64,000 nucleotides of DNA from the NCBI GenBank assembly GCA_010015585.1, contig ML975150.1. One strand, 5' to 3'. Shown here one piece after another: positions 11,256 through 25,203 of this stretch. The first letter of the stretch is position 1. The number at the start of each line of letters is the position of its first letter. Made by a program: the position numbers and the translations under genes. The notes under the pieces were generated by a model. That model was not told the origin of the DNA. It worked only from the letters and a program-made list of their open reading frames with translations, and did not search any database. This DNA is from Eremomyces bilateralis CBS 781.70. Taxonomy: Eukaryota.

Positions 11256-13766
11256 CTAATCTTTCGTGATTCTTAAACCCTTTTTGCGAGCTATTAGCGC
11301 CAAAACCTCATCCATACCGCGATGTTGTAACATCTCACGGCACGTATACCCGCTGTTATCTATCGAATCAGGGTTTGCTCCTGCTTCAACTAGAAGCTTT
11401 GCTGCCTCAGTATTCCCTCTCCAAGCTGCCACGAAAAGTGGCGTAGAGTAATACCTTCCCCCTCTTCGATCGATTTTCACGTCATCTCCTCGTTTAAGCA
11501 GCAGCTTGATTATCGACACCATATCATACGACGCCGCGTAATACAGCGGCTGCGTCTGTTCGATCGGTTTCGTGTCCGTGGTCCCGATCAGGAACTGGGC
11601 CCAGGAATCGAAGTTCCCTCCGTGTTTCCCAGATTTCGTTGCGAAGAAGGAGAGGATGAGATCCACGTCAGCGGGTTTCAGTGCGGTAAGTTCTGCGTGA
11701 TACGGCCAGAAGTATGCCGCGTACAGTAGCAATGGGTGCGCTCGGAATCGGTTGCGTAGGTGAACAGATCCGGTAACGCGACCGTTGGAGAACTCGTCGA
11801 AGTAGAGATATGTTAGACATTTCCGCATTATCTCTCTGTTGCTCGACACACTATCCAATGCAAACCCCGAGACGCTTGAAGTTTTGATCCAGTCCGACAT
11901 AAGAAACGTCCGAATTGAATCATGAGATAGCTTAACGCTAGCATTGTCGGACAACATCTTCGCTGCAGGTGGTATATTGCTTTCACTGTAGCTCAACCCT
12001 ACTTCCGCGTGAATCAGCCCCTGACAGAGAGTCAGCAGCGCTTTGGGCTTTGCGAGTCGGCAATCTTCGTCCAAGGACCGGTCAGAGTCGTGGAGGACAA
12101 CGGCTTCCGCGAGTTCGTGGATGGTAAGTGGCCGCACGCTGAAGCTGAGCCAGAGGAGGACATCTCGGGCCAGCGAGCGGTCGGATGGGGGGATGCGTGA
12201 GAGGATTGTGGCGTACGTTTCGTGGAGAGTGGTGGGGAGGTCGTTCAAGGCGGACTTTATAGCGCGACCGGTGCGGAGAGAAGAGAGGTGGTCCATTGAC
12301 AGTTGAGCCCAGCGAAACCTTGAGAGGTGTCAGAAAGATGAGATGGGATCAGAATATACGGAAAGTTAACTTACATGCCGTTCGCTGTAGATGCGATTGT
12401 TTCCAACACTTGTTCGCGGGTTGCTTTGCTCAAGCAACTGAATACTGGCTCTGATTTCATTCGGTAGTCAACATAGCTCGCTATGTCATGATTGATCATA
12501 GACGCCGCCATGTACCGAGTGATGACCATGGAACTAGTTTCCGGGCGTGTATCTGCATCTGTTGTGCAAGTTATTAGTACTCGTAGAGTAGGTGCAACTG
12601 CCACAAGCTCTGCCAGAGCGGACAATATGGTGCCCTGGTGAGGCGTTTCATTAAGTGCATCAACGAGTATAAAGAACTCCTCGAATATATTTATGGACTT
12701 CCGTAAAAGCTCGATAAGCTCGTGGACACTCAGAGTATTCCGTGTGATTAAATGATAGTCGTGTCTCCGAATTGGCCGAATCCACTCGATTATTTCGGGC
12801 TTCCTCTCAGCGGCTTGCGCAAGGATCGAGCCCAGCACGTTGGCCGGCTGCTGCGTACTCGCGTTATTCAGAGAACAATAATGAAATCCGCATACTCTAT
12901 TGTTAGAGGATTGACAGCGACTCTGGAGTTTCTCAACGATGCAGGAACTAGGTTGCTGTGAGCTAGATATGCAAAAGCGGATAATACGGTCCTACGAACA
13001 ATATCATAGTCTTTCCCGCTCCCGCTATTGCCAAAGCAATTAGTGTCAGTACAGCTATATCTGAGACGTCCCCGAAATGGAACTTTCTCTTACATTTGCC
13101 TGTAACCCACATGATTCGTCTCTTATCGCCAACAGAGCTCAGCCAGCCATGGAATTCCTTGTCGAAGAACCATTCTCCACTGCCTGGAGCCCGAAGCTGA
13201 GTTAGATCCGCGTGCTCTTCTTCGGGTCGTACGGGGGCGAGCCAACGGATGATCTCTTCGGTGTCTTTTAGGAGGCTTTCTGATTTGCGTTCTATTATGT
13301 CTTCATGTATTGTGTCTGACAACGACTTCATATCGGCGTGCACTTTTGTCGTCAGCGCTGAAGTCTCATTCATAATGATCATGAGAAACCATGTTTTGGA
13401 CCGTTCAAGAGACGCAATATATCGATCGATATCCCGTTTCGCAAAAGGCCAGGTGAGTGTTCTCTTTGCATTATTTAGCACGCCTGTCGGCACCTTGAGC
13501 CGTTTCTGAAGAGCCACAAGTGTCTCCCGTGTCATCGACACCATTGCTGGCCATGATTCCTCATCCGCTAAGTCGGAATTCCTGGGTAAACGGTCTTCGA
13601 AATCAGCGGAGACGGATTCCAGAATACCCTTAAGCGCAAAAACTTCCAGCATCAGACTTCTCGTCTCCTCTTTCCGATCCTTCAGGGCGGCACCATATGA
13701 GCACAAAGCAGTTGCCACTTGGCCGACTGCAATCACCAGCCCAGCAATTGAGACCGGATCGGTCAT
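11256..13766 (-). CDS. NLR-like protein: N-terminal HeLo-like domain, NACHT NTPase, C-terminal ankyrin repeats (several introns)
   Basis: MTDPVSIAGLVIAVGQV N-terminus; PGSGEWF, WVTGK|GAGKT P-loop across an intron, ILVDALNE Walker B, ANGM|FRWA, PLYYAA and TPLFVAAWRGN ankyrin motifs. Confidence 0.85.
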
Positions 13767-15539
13767 TGCTAAACATGGAACGACGTCGAAAAGACCGCCA
13801 GTGTAAATCGAGGAGGGTTCATACGTCGGGTATTTCATAGATCGCTAAAGCGCAAATTATTCAACCCCTAATGAATTCAACTTTCAGTGTTCCACAACTC
13901 TTGCATAAAGTCCCATTTGACACTTGATCTTCCTGATATCTACATCGATCGAGAGAGTGAGACCTGAGAGAGAGAGAGAGATTCATACGCCCGTCAGGCC
14001 TCTCGGCGAGGCCCATGTGGGGAACTACCCGGGCTGACTAATTACATACATTAGTGCCTTGTGGCCTTGTGCCCCCATTCGATTCAACATGAAGGGTGAA
14101 GGGGGGGCGCTTAGTCACCGTGCAGAGGGCTTGGCAAAGGCTCAGATTCATCAATTATTTCATTTTTTACCACTTATCAGAGCGAATTCGGCCTCCTTTT
14201 AGCTCGATGAGCTTTTTACAACGCGGAGGCATCTCACTAATATATCCACGAATTGATTGCTGTGATACCGAGCGAAGGCAGCCCGAATAGCTTGCTTAAA
14301 CTCCTCCACCGAATGCCACGATCCACCTCGAAGTACCTGTTTCATCGCTCTCTAAACTGGCTCCTGTGGACTTAGATCAGATGATTGAGCGGGGTAATCA
14401 AGTAAGAGGAGATCTTCATCTCTTTTTCATTGTATAACGGGATTGTTCATAGAACGAGTTCCATGAGATGGGTCGTTATCCTCAACAAAGAAGAATTTCC
14501 GATTAAATTTAGCCTCGAGCCATTTAATATGTTTAATATGATGCGGAGGAACTTCTTTTAGATAGAATTTCTGGCTCATAGAGTTTCCTTTAGGCTTTAA
14601 TTCGACCTCTGGTCGATCAGCTGTTTCTCGAAAGATTCGGACGTTCTCAGCATGTTGCTCTTCTGATTCAATGCCAGATCGGCGAGGGGCGCGTGGTCTG
14701 TAGGCTTTCGGGACGGTCGGACAAGCTGGATCGTTGTAGAAGACGAGTGGACCTTTGTGGCCGTACGAAACACCGCTTGCGACGTGAACGGTAACGTTGA
14801 GTGGGAGTGATCCTGTCTCCTGGAGATTTTGAAGACGTTGACTTGCTCCGGGGACCCCGAAGCTCATATTCAGGTCGATCTGAGAGATCTCGAGAATTGA
14901 AATGGGCTTCGTCTGTGTAGTAGACGTATCGCCAGAATCTCGTTAATATTTTGCCCTTGTATCGTTGGCCAAACGAGACCCGTCTTCGTTTATTTGCTAG
15001 GGAGATAGCTATGATATAGGGCTTTCGAAATCGTTGGGCTCCAGACCGTTTCTGTACGTTTCGTTGTACTGTTTTCCCTTTAACATTGAATTCGAGTGAG
15101 ACGGTTTGATCGCAGAAGTTACGAGAACCACTTTCATTTGCCTGGAGGAACGAAGTTCCGTAAGGTCTTTGGTCGCACGAGGGGAGACAACAAACTTCTA
15201 ACTCGACCTTAAATCACATGATATTCACGTGAGTTTCACGTGATTTGTCCCCCTCAACCACAGCCGTCGTTGACACGCCTTCGTCGACATCGCGATCGGC
15301 CCCCCCGCTTTAGCCCCTGTGATATGATTGGAACGAACTATAAAACTACACGCTCCGCGGCGTCCACTTCGCGTCCGCAGACACTGCCGGATTCTGACCT
15401 TGCGCCTGACTGAGTCCGATCGTTGAGTCTGGCTCGGATGGTTAAGACGGACTCTAATGGTCGAGACTTCACTCTGATTGTCGAGACTGACTAATTTGAT
15501 AACGCAAATAAATCCAACAACGATGGATTCTTTTTCAAT

Positions 15540-17461
15540 ATGCCTCCTATAAATGAAAGTGCAATTGCTGAAGCTATATAAGCTTTTTGAGATCGAGAAT
15601 TCCCATCGATTCACAAATTTGCGGAGGCTTATGGCGTTAAGTACTCTACTCTCTAAGAACATATCTAAAAGGGCACCGAATCCCATCAAAAAGGGGCCGA
15701 GAAGTTGCAAAAGTTGTCAAAAGATCAAGAAAAATGGCTGGTCTTGTGACAGTCTTGGGCTTCGCCCAGTCTGTGTGTTGTGGCCTTGCGGCCTAAGGCA
15801 GAAGGGATAGGTAGACCGTTTGCCCACAGATGTAAATAGCAGATCGCAGTGAGAGAGATCTTCTCCTTCTCTCTTTAGCAATTCAACAGCGTTACCAGCT
15901 TACCAAATCCTTCGTGGTTTGGGCCCATGACAGGTCTAGTGGATTACGGAAGAAGACCTTTGCGGGAGGGCCCCTTCGCATGCCCAGGTTCGCTAAATGG
16001 CAGAACTGATTGCGAAAGAAAATAGAGATAACACTCCCTGCGGCACAAATTAGACCGACGGGTTTCTACTCCGGAATCCTGAGGTAAGAAACGATTATCG
16101 GACGGACGATCGAGGCTTCTAGAATAAATTCTGCCACAAAAGATGTTATTTCGGAGTTCTTTTCGGCTTATACACGCATTATCGAAAGGTATAACATTAA
16201 AACCAATAACCAGTGGAATTTTAATGAGCATAGCATCGCCCTAGGGTGCGGAATTAATGGCCGCGTAATTACACCAGTCTAGGAGAAGCAAAAGAGGAAG
16301 AAGAACACGATATACGTGAAGATTCCTAAAGATAGAGAATGGGTCTCTATCCTAGAATACATATATGCAGATGGCCGATCAATTACGCCCCTGATTATCC
16401 TTAAAGGCAAATCTCTGCAGTCGACGTAGTTCCCTTCTCGCGATATCCCGAACTGGCATTATACGTCCTCAGAAATTGCCTAGACATCCAACGAAATTGG
16501 CTTATAATGGCTCGAGAAAAAGTTCTTACGGGAGGCCAAACCCCTGAACCAAAATGGAGAAGAAGACTCCCGAGAATAGCGCTTTTTGGTATGCGCCGGG
16601 CACGGTACGCATGCTAAGATCCAGCTCATGAAGTCGGCGAAAGATAGTAAGGTATTTATTTTATGTTTGCCAGCCCATTCTTCCCATGTCCTCCAGCCTT
16701 TAGATATTGCATGCTTTTCGCCCCTGAAATCAAGATATCATAAAGAACTGAGCCGCCTATCTTCGCTTGATGACTCTGCACCAGTTAAGAAGCATAATTT
16801 TATAGAAATATATTATAAATCTCGAAATACGGCTCTAAATTCGCATAACATACGTGCAGGGTTTCGTGGAACAGGAATGGTGCCCTTTAACCCAGCCAAA
16901 GTATTAAATAGTTTCGTAATTGAACGAAATTCACACCGTAATGCCCAGTCGTGTGACCCCTAAACTAATTCCGTATACCTATAGCATACTAAAGGGGCTA
17001 CAGGACATATATAAGCAAAAGTTTGAGGGAATATCATCGCGAGACTTCGGGGGATTCTAGGGGAAGTTGGCCAAGTCCCTGGCGGAGAAGAATACCGAAA
17101 TCGCTGCACTTAAAGCACACGTTCTACAACTTGAAAAAACTATTCAAGATCTAGGTGGTTCGACTACGAGGAAAAGGAAACGAGTCTAGCCTGATTTGAA
17201 CGAAAGATTTGCTACAATTGAGCAAATCGTTGCGTTGCAGGAGGCGGCCAAAGAAGCGGAGCGGAAAGCTGCGGAAAAGGCGGAGAGGATTTCAGAGCAC
17301 GCAAATCTAGATTCGAGCACTTATGCTCTGTATTTGAACTAGATGTATAGAAATATATATGGTGGCTGTTCTATTTGTGTAACTCTAGGGCAATACGTGG
17401 ATCAAATGGATTGTTTGTGGTGGCCGGAAACTGGGATGACCGGAAACTGGGTGCTTTGACT
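15540..17461 (+). mobile_element. Fot1/pogo transposon, RIP-like damaged, left TIR missing
   Basis: ATG at 15540 (MPPINESAIAEAI*AF*DREF...). DDE_1 motifs GHGTH and LPAHSSHVLQPLD. Right TIR 17419-17461 (reverse complement AGTCAAAGCACCCAGTTTCCGG..., Fot1-like) followed by TA. Confidence 0.85.
15745..15932. mobile_element. Solo LTR, family A, inside the Fot1 transposase
   Basis: TG...CA termini; TSD GGTCT (15740-15744, 15933-15937). Confidence 0.9.
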
Positions 17462-18158
17462 TAGAGGTATTATGAATAAATTCGAGGGATTCGTCGTCGT
17501 AGTGAAATTCGAACCGGACTAGGCAAGTCGCTATTATTCTAAAAACAATTGAATTGGGAATATAAACTATATCATTCTATGTAGGATCATCGCATCCAAA
17601 ATAGCGAATTCATTCCTTGCTTTGTTGCTTTATGGTATACAATATGTTGACTCTTTGGCCTATCATATGACTGCCGTAGCATCATGTCTTAAAACCAACC
17701 TAGAACAATGGAAAATAAGCCTTTTATGATGCTTCTGTGAATATAATTCGAGTACTCTTTTAAGGGAGATTCGAAGACTGCGAACTCTAGCTTCGTTCCT
17801 CCAGGCTCTCTTTGAGCGAAACCCGCTTGCGGGTTCGCATCTCCTGTATTGCAAAGCTAAAGAAGAAGAGCTATTGTCGCACGTGATGTGCTAAAATGGT
17901 TGGGGGTGAGGTGCTGTTGTTCCAGCAGCGAAGTTGTTGTGTGTAAGTTGTGTGTAAGTTTTTTTTGTTCTAGCTGAATGCCTGGTTCCCCGGCCCTACA
18001 GATATACGAGAGTCACGGCAAGATTATTAATGCAGTTTGTAGCCTTGGACTCCTAGAGCTCATGCCTTGGCCTGCGACAGCTATCTACGACGTGTGCGCG
18101 ATGTCCAAGACTTCGACAGTTGACTTAGTCACGTGACTATCATTCAGGAGACAGGCCA

Positions 18159-18406
18159 TGTCGCATTTCGCGTGGGTGACGATTAAGCAAGTTGGCTGCT
18201 TTAGCTCAGTTGCTGTAGAGTCATAACGCAAGTTGGTCTTGACGATTCCCATTGTTCCCCAAAAAGGAGATGTAGCTAGCAAAACAGTTGAAGGTAATTA
18301 AATACAAGGGAAAACACTAAGCTGTCCGAAATAGGCCTAGCCTAGGGGTAATAGGCAGTGAAAGGAAAGTTAGGGCAGTAGAAACCAACAGGGGCATCTT
18401 GCGACA
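18159..18406. mobile_element. Solo LTR, family B
   Basis: TGTCGCA...TGCGACA termini; TSD GGCCA (18154-18158, 18407-18411). Confidence 0.9.
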
Positions 18407-19733
18407 GGCCACAGGCCTGGAACCATAACATCGAGGGCTTGTTCATCGTACGATTGGTAATGGAGAGGACTGGAAGGGTCTAATAAGCGATGTATATCGG
18501 AATCACTTATTCGAGAGGGTTGTCCGAAACGTGTACTAAGCTTATGAGTCTTTCGATATGCAGCTCGACCACACTGTTCGCGCTGTTTAAGCCAAGTTCG
18601 ACCTGTTGATGGATGGATCTCTATTCTCTCTCTTTTACAAAGACTATTAAAAGAACAGCTTTTCGGAAGTGTGTCATAGGCATCAAAGAATCGCGTTTTC
18701 CGTATAGTATCGTATTCAAATCGTTTGGGCTTCTCTGTGGCAGGCATTGTTGTATAATTTGCGATAGAAAAGTATAGGTGAGGCTGAAATGATGTTGACT
18801 GGGGCCTGTCTGGAGCTCTGCGTGGTGACTAAGCGCCCTCCCTTGGACGATCTAAGCGAGAGCAGTGTGTTAAGAAAAGGGAATTACCACGCCTGTGTAT
18901 CTTATGGCTAGTGAGATTTTCCCACCCGGTTTTGAGAATTTCTCACCCGCGCTAGTATGGTGGAAATTAATCGTTAAACTAGACCTAGCGCGTATTTTCC
19001 TTCGTCTTCGACTATATTATCAGGCCTATCTGTTATGGTCCGAGGCCTGCGGCCAGTTCCCTTGGTTGTGGCTAAAGACGTGGCTGGTGGATTATATCAG
19101 AGAAGCAAACAAACATGGTAACACAGCATTAGGGCATTGGAGAGGAGAGTCGCTATCTTGCGCACAAAGGTGCCGGGAGATTTCTTTTCTCTCTCTCTCT
19201 CTTCAGTTTAGATTAATGGAACTCGGTAATCGCAGACCTTGCGCATCCAGACCGTGTCACTGTAAACTTGGCATGTAACGGAAAATTTTGTAATACGTAA
19301 TTGCTGTAACTTAATTCTAGAATTTTTGTAATATAGGAATTTATAATTTCCATCCTTACAGTGAGTCCCGTGACGCGGCAGGTCGCCAGGGAGATGGGAC
19401 GGAGTGTGGCGGGGAGCTCGGGGAGCCGGAGGGGGAGCGTGAGCGGTAGCTGTTGGCACCCGGGAGGCGGCGACACTTGGGAAGGGTTTGCGAAGGTCGT
19501 CTTGGAAGTACTACGTCGTAGTCGTTGTCATCCTCATTGAATTGCACTCGGGCAGCACCCGCTTGGCGGTCAATGAACTTGCGGGGCTGATTTTCTTTCT
19601 CACTATCTGCGCGGCGGTTGGGTAGAGTCATGGTTAAGGCAGCGGTTTAGCTATCCCCCGGGGCCGCTCTGACGACCAGTCGATTAAGAATGCACTGTAA
19701 TATTCCAGGCTAATAACTTGACCAAAAACAAAA

Positions 19734-19870
19734 ACATACAGCAATGGGAGTTCCCCATAACTCTCCCACGAGCATAAAAGCTGTCGAAATCAAACCGTAA
19801 ATACCACCGAAAAACGTGGGTCCGTCGAAAGACGTGGTTTCTCCTTAGTTTTTCAGTCTCGCTCTCAATC
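19734..19870. mobile_element. Second Starship-family left junction: 5S rRNA 3' fragment (19734-19756, minus) fused to an element left-arm sequence
   Basis: ACATACAGCAATGGGAGTTCCCC is identical to 26011-26033. 19757-19830 aligns with 26034-26107. 19839-19870 matches 26285-26316 at 30/32. Confidence 0.8.
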
Positions 19871-20136
19871 TCGTCGATAAAGCGTACCGTAGAATGGGGG
19901 GGTCTCAGACCGCCTAAGAATAGGCACCTAGAGCCTGCCCTATAATGTCACGAAGTCACACGGTGAGGTAGAATGCGAAAGGTCGTGATCGTGAAATGAT
20001 GAGATATCAACACGAATTTAGGGGTGTAGATGCAAAGGCACAGTGGATGTAAAGGTATCAGCATCCATAGGTCTGATGCCTCAGGCTGTAAGGTTTAAAA
20101 GGGGAGTGATGTCTGGGGTCAACAGGGGTGCATGAC

Positions 20137-20346
20137 TGTCAAGATCTGATGTCATTACTTAGTCATCCGTTTCCCCGCTTCGGCTATTACTTAGTCATTC
20201 GTTTCCCCTCTTCGGCTATTACTTAGTCATAGATAGTTATATCTACCTCGTTCGGTACTCTACTTCTTACACAAATACAAGCACTTTACATTCTTCGTCA
20301 CGTAACCTATTGCTTCCGTGTGGATAGACACGCTAAGCTATCAACA
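20137..20346. mobile_element. Solo LTR, family C, with an internal 32-bp tandem repeat (20154-20230)
   Basis: TGTCAAG...TCAACA termini; TSD ATGAC (20132-20136, 20347-20351); unit ATTACTTAGTCATYCGTTTCCCCKCTTCGGCT about 2.4 times. Confidence 0.8.
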
Positions 20347-21036
20347 ATGACACCCTGCATAGTAGGTGGTTCGTGGTAGACGGTAGTGCCTTACCCCGTC
20401 TGTAAGAGAACTTTAAGACCTTGATTCAGTGATTCTGGACTCATGGAATGGATTTATGATTGGATAGGATAATAGAACCTCACCAATGAAAATTTAGCGG
20501 TTTGCCACCTTGAGTCCTTGACGGAATTCTACGCCCTTGGCTGGTGCAGTGACCAACTTCCCTGTTCCAGAGCAAGCCAGTCCCTCGAGTCTCAACGATT
20601 CACAATACTATGGTACGGTACAGTCCCAGTGTCATGGTATCCAGCCTCCAGGTTGCCAGTTTATTGCCAGACTCACAGTCCGGGCTTGCATTGCAGTCCG
20701 GACACGAGAAAACCAAGCCGCTAGACATGAGTTTGGGTACCGTTCCAGAGAGGGGGATATGCACGAACCGTCGTTTACCTTTTTTAAATTATGGCGTTGC
20801 ACCATCCGGGGGTGGCGGAATTCATCAAGATTCTAGCAGGGAAACCAGCTGGTAGATTCTCGAACAATTCCGTCAACCCCGAAGTGCCCTGTGCCTTGAT
20901 CTGGCCTCAGTGTCTGTGATCTTGCCTCAGTGCCTGTGATCATTTGGGCCTTTTAAGACAGAGATTAGCCGCCTACAATGTAGGTTTTGGCCCTTCATTA
21001 GTGTACTTCTCTTTTCCGTCTACCCCGTCAGTCAAG

Positions 21037-22306
21037 ATGGTGGACGCTGGACTCGCCTTCGAGGCCTTCACGATGCGACCAGATGAGTCCAAGAGAGGAC
21101 GTCTGTTGGCCACCATGACTCCTCTTTTTGCTGTCGCGGTACTTACGTATATTGGGCGTATGTACACCCGAACACGTCCGGTGGTGAACCTTCGATGGGA
21201 CGACTTCGTCATGTCGCTGGCGGTAGTAAGTCCAACTCCCATGATCAGACGGAGCATTACAGGCTCGTGCTAATATTTTGTAGGCTCTCACCATCGTCCA
21301 TTATGGTTTGGCGGTTTATGCTTTCAACCTTGGCGCTGGACGACATTTCTACTACCTGAAGCCGCCGCAACTGGAGACTGTGGGGCGCACGTTGTTTATC
21401 TTGAATATTATTTGGACATGGTGCATCACGTTTGTGAAGGTCTCTGTTACCCTCATGTTATACCGTACCCGAGGGGACAAGGCGTGGCGACTCTGGCTGT
21501 CGGGGTTCATGGGCTTCCTTGTCGTTATAGGCATTGTAATCACTGCTCTACATTTGGGCCAGTGCAAGCCTGTACGCGCCTTTTGGAATCCACTCATACC
21601 AGGAGCAAAGTGCTGGTCCAATGCAATTGCTGTAAATGTGCTCCACGGTACCTCTGGTAAGTCAAATCCCTATACGTTGAATGACAATGATCAGGGTAAC
21701 TAATAAGGATGTGCAGCGTTCTTGCTGGTAACCGACATTGTCTTATCGCTGTTACCCTTGACATTTATTGTTAAACTTCAGCGACCAAGGCGTGACAAAA
21801 TCGCCATTGGCCTGCTTATGGTTTATTCACCCACTGTCGTCGACCCGGTGCTCGTCCTAACTGAAGACTAGGGCCTCGGTCTCGTCGCCTCAGGAACGTC
21901 CATTGTCAAGATAATTCGCACACCCATACTCGGCACAACCAAGGACCCGATATGGGACCTTCCCGACCTCGCAATATGGGCATGGGTTGAGCTATATATA
22001 GGCATAATGGCAGCCTGCATACCATGCCTGAAGGCACCCTTCGAAAGGTTGCTGAAGAAGACGGGCCTCCTTACCACCACGGGAAACAGGAGCCAGCAGA
22101 ACACAAAAACTGGTAACCTATCCAAGGGATATATTTCCGTGGGCCCAATGGAAAGCGGTTCGGCCCTGGGGGAGGATACGGAATTGAGGGCAATTGTAAA
22201 AAAACAGGAGGTGTACATTGAAGAATACAGTCAAAAGGATGCGAACTATCCTGAGTATCCACCGAGGGGCCTGTACCGCCACGATGGCATGGACAGCAGA
22301 TGGTAA
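21037..22306 (+). CDS. PTH11-like integral membrane protein (fungal rhodopsin domain), multi-exon
   Basis: RMYTR...LRWDD, GAGRH, FVKVSV, QCKPVRAFWNP...KC, TDIVLSLLP, WAWVELYIGIMAACIPCLK motifs; GT..AG introns. Confidence 0.85.
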
Positions 22307-23915
22307 ATTCGGAACAGAATGTCAATTGGTTAAAACTTGCACAAATTTATAGATTATAGAGTATCTACCAGTTGGAGCTAGGTTTGGAATACCAAGATGT
22401 ATCTCTGAAGTCTGTCGTCCAGAGCGGCATCCTCGTCCGAGTGATTGGGAGAAATTTTGAGATGCCTTGTCGCTGATCTCAACGCTGGCTTCGGTACAAT
22501 CGTCGACTGCGTGTTATGACAATGGTATCCTGGAGATACGTCAAGTGGTTGGTTCTCTTGGAGAGGAGTGTCAAGGCAATGAAGGCTTGGTAGCAGATAG
22601 GCGAGTGAGTAGACTGAATTGATTTGCAGATATCAAGTCACAACGTTATACCTGTATAACTGGTACATTCCTCTGATTCAACGGGTGGATCTTTGCAGGC
22701 TTATCGCATGGATGGGCGACTTTGATGAATGGTCGGAATTTCAACCTCATCCTAGCTCTACCGGTACCACGCATTCCGCAAATTTCAAGTTTTGATTGCA
22801 GACGTTCCTGGGGGCGGTCGAAGACCGTGCTAACCGATTTAGGCGCGTGCGGCTCAGCTCGCATGTCTGGGGCGGGGTGGGCACGGCTGCGAAGAACGCC
22901 ATAACAACCCGCCACTAGCGGGGCGATCCTTAATCGAGATTAACGCCGCCCTAGTACCTGTAGCGTCCGCGCCCGTTCTATGTCTGGGACCAGAGATAGC
23001 GTACAGTAAAATTCATGATTCCGGAATCCGGCAATATCCCGAACAAGGGTACAGGTAGCTATTCTAGCTTGATCTGGACACTACAGATCGTCTATGGTCT
23101 CCCCATAGTACATGGAAAAGACTTCTACACCATCCCTCAGCTTAGCTATCAACATTTGACATACCACGTTGATGTGTGTTTACTCTGTTGACCCCTTTCC
23201 CAACGATTGCCATCTTTCCCCCTTTCTCTTCATGGAATAACGTGTTTGGTACCATCTCTCCTGCTCCGTGTCAGTATGTATACCGGTCGTTGCCCTACCA
23301 TGTCATCTTAATGAGACTATCGTACGGAGTACTGACTCTTGGTCACCTTTGAGACCACGAAAGGTTTTGACTTTTGTCACAGCACCAGCCGTCCAGCCAC
23401 CAAGACATGTCACATGGAAAACGGGTGCAGGCCTGCAGGGGGCGGCTCAAGCAACTTGCAGCAATAGTCGGGTTTGCGCTGGACGCCACACCCATGGAGT
23501 TGCATGGGAGATGTGCCTGTCAATGTTAGTTAGGGGTAGAAACCTTGCTATCAACACCTCCCTCCGTCCCTCGGCTCCTACTCCCTTTCATCTCTGTACT
23601 GTTGAGCCGTTGAGGTGGTCACCCTTGCCATTTCATTGCGGGTCGCTCACTAATTGCATGGAATGCCTCGCTGTTGGACAGGCTCAAGCGCAAGCGAGCT
23701 GTCATGAGTCGTGACCGTAGCAAGTGGCAACCCCCGAATGCCTTTCCGACATCTATGAAAAATTTCAATATCATAATAACATAATTAAAATGAGTATAAC
23801 TATGTGCAGGGTTGAATGAAGAAGTGGATAGTTGAGACCTCGATGAGGCGGACTAAAGGCATTCAGTTACCACTTCACGATGCCGATACCAGTCAGTTCT
23901 ATGTGCTTCGCAACC

Positions 23916-25203
23916 TTAGAAATAGATGTAGCAGAGAGGCCCGTCCATTGTGTCCATGACGTCCCGAATCGGCAGAGTTGGTCCATTCACGCCCATATCA
24001 AGCATGTCATCAAGCGATGTATCGCGACTTGGTGGATTGTTGAACATCGTAATGGTACCTGCAATCGCGTCCAGTCGTGTTCTCCGGTTCAGGTTTTGCC
24101 AAATCCACCATAGACGGTCGAGTTGAGCGTGATGCAGGAAGAAGTATGGATCACTATCACTTGGTTAGAATCTTGCCGAATATTGTTAGGGTATTCTTAC
24201 GCAGTGCTGGTGAAGATATCGGCGCCAGGCTCGCCGTTGATAAGATAATGGCCGGCAGCATGAACACCCAGGAAGTAATTGGGTCCAGGAGTGACATTGC
24301 CTTGCATCTTATCTTGGAACTGCGCAATAGTCGAGCTTTGGATGAGAAGGCTGGCTACCCTCAATGCTGACAATCCTTCAGATGCCATGGAGTTCAAAAG
24401 TGATCGCCGAAGACATCTTGGATTGTACCCTAAGCCGTCCGGTTGTGGGTTTGGCGTAGCGTCGTCAAAGGACGGGTCCACGGGACCAATATTGACTGTT
24501 ATGTTTTGGAACGCACCGGACGTTACGCAGCCACCTCCACCCTCCTGCGGGATGACCTGGAAGGGCATAGAGACTGAAGGAATGTAGATGCCACTAAGTT
24601 GCTTAAAGTCACCATCGCCGCCGATGGAGGTGCTACTGCCGTCGAATAGAGGGGCAGCTTTGGCGTTGCTCGCATACTTGGACCAGTTGAAGTATGGAAG
24701 GCTGCCAGTGTAGCCACATTCGTTTTGAAGTGCTTGCTCAAAAGTGCGTATGAAGTATCGATGCCAGGAGAGAAAGTTTCCCTGCAGAAAGTTAGCTATG
24801 CTAGGCTTCACTAGACAGTTATATGGCCTACCGTGAAGTGAATTTGCTGAGTGTTAAGAACGTGGGTCACAACAAAGTCATCGTATCGGTTCCTTGCACC
24901 AGGGGCGCCACTTTTCGAAGGTTTGTTAAACAGACAAAGCACGGAATCCAGATAGTGACGTTTCGCAGGGCTGCTCAGATTATCCCATTCCATCCTTTTT
25001 GCGCTACCGAAAACGTTGCATGAATTGACTGAGCGCGCCGCTCTGGCGGCCACGGACCCGACGCTCGTGGGGTTGGCGGTTTCGTCCACGAGGATGTTTC
25101 TCAAGGCTTGTTCAGCGAGGTCATCGAGTGGCGTTGTGTCATCCTGAGCCCACGCGAACTGGGTGCCCAGGAGTAAAAGGGGATAAATAGAGAGTAGCCG
25201 CAT
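23916..25203 (-). CDS. Secreted tyrosinase (di-copper centre), multi-exon
   Basis: Signal peptide MRLLSIYPLLLLG. RYDDFVVTH..IH / FLSWHRYF (CuA), GYNPRCLRR, GVHAAGH and FFLHHAQLDRLWWIWQ (CuB). LCYIYF stop. Confidence 0.9.

Larger units (their letters stand above)
15097..18430. mobile_element. TG...CA-bounded (LTR-type) insertion within the Tc1-like transposase
   Basis: 5-bp TSD TCGAG at 15092-15096 and 18431-18435. Removing it restores EQALEFNV in the host transposase. Confidence 0.75.
14099..18844 (-). mobile_element. Tc1/mariner-superfamily transposon (degenerate), split by a nested 3.3 kb insertion
   Basis: TIRs AAGGGGGGGCGCTTAGTCACCGTGCAGAG (14099-14127) and the reverse complement of 18816-18844. 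Transposase starts at 18747 (MPATEKPKRFEYD...) and resumes at 15096 (LEFNVKG...YTDEAHF...EDNDPSHG...PAQSSDLSPQE), with in-frame stops. Confidence 0.8.

Noticed and set aside
20154..20230. 32-bp repeat as a CRISPR-like array
   Set aside because: The units are contiguous near-identical copies with no unique spacers, inside a solo LTR in a eukaryotic genome.
19946..20352. Possible outer LTR (TGTCACG...CATGACA) around solo LTR C
   Set aside because: The flanks (TATAA vs CCCTG) do not form a TSD and there is no second copy.
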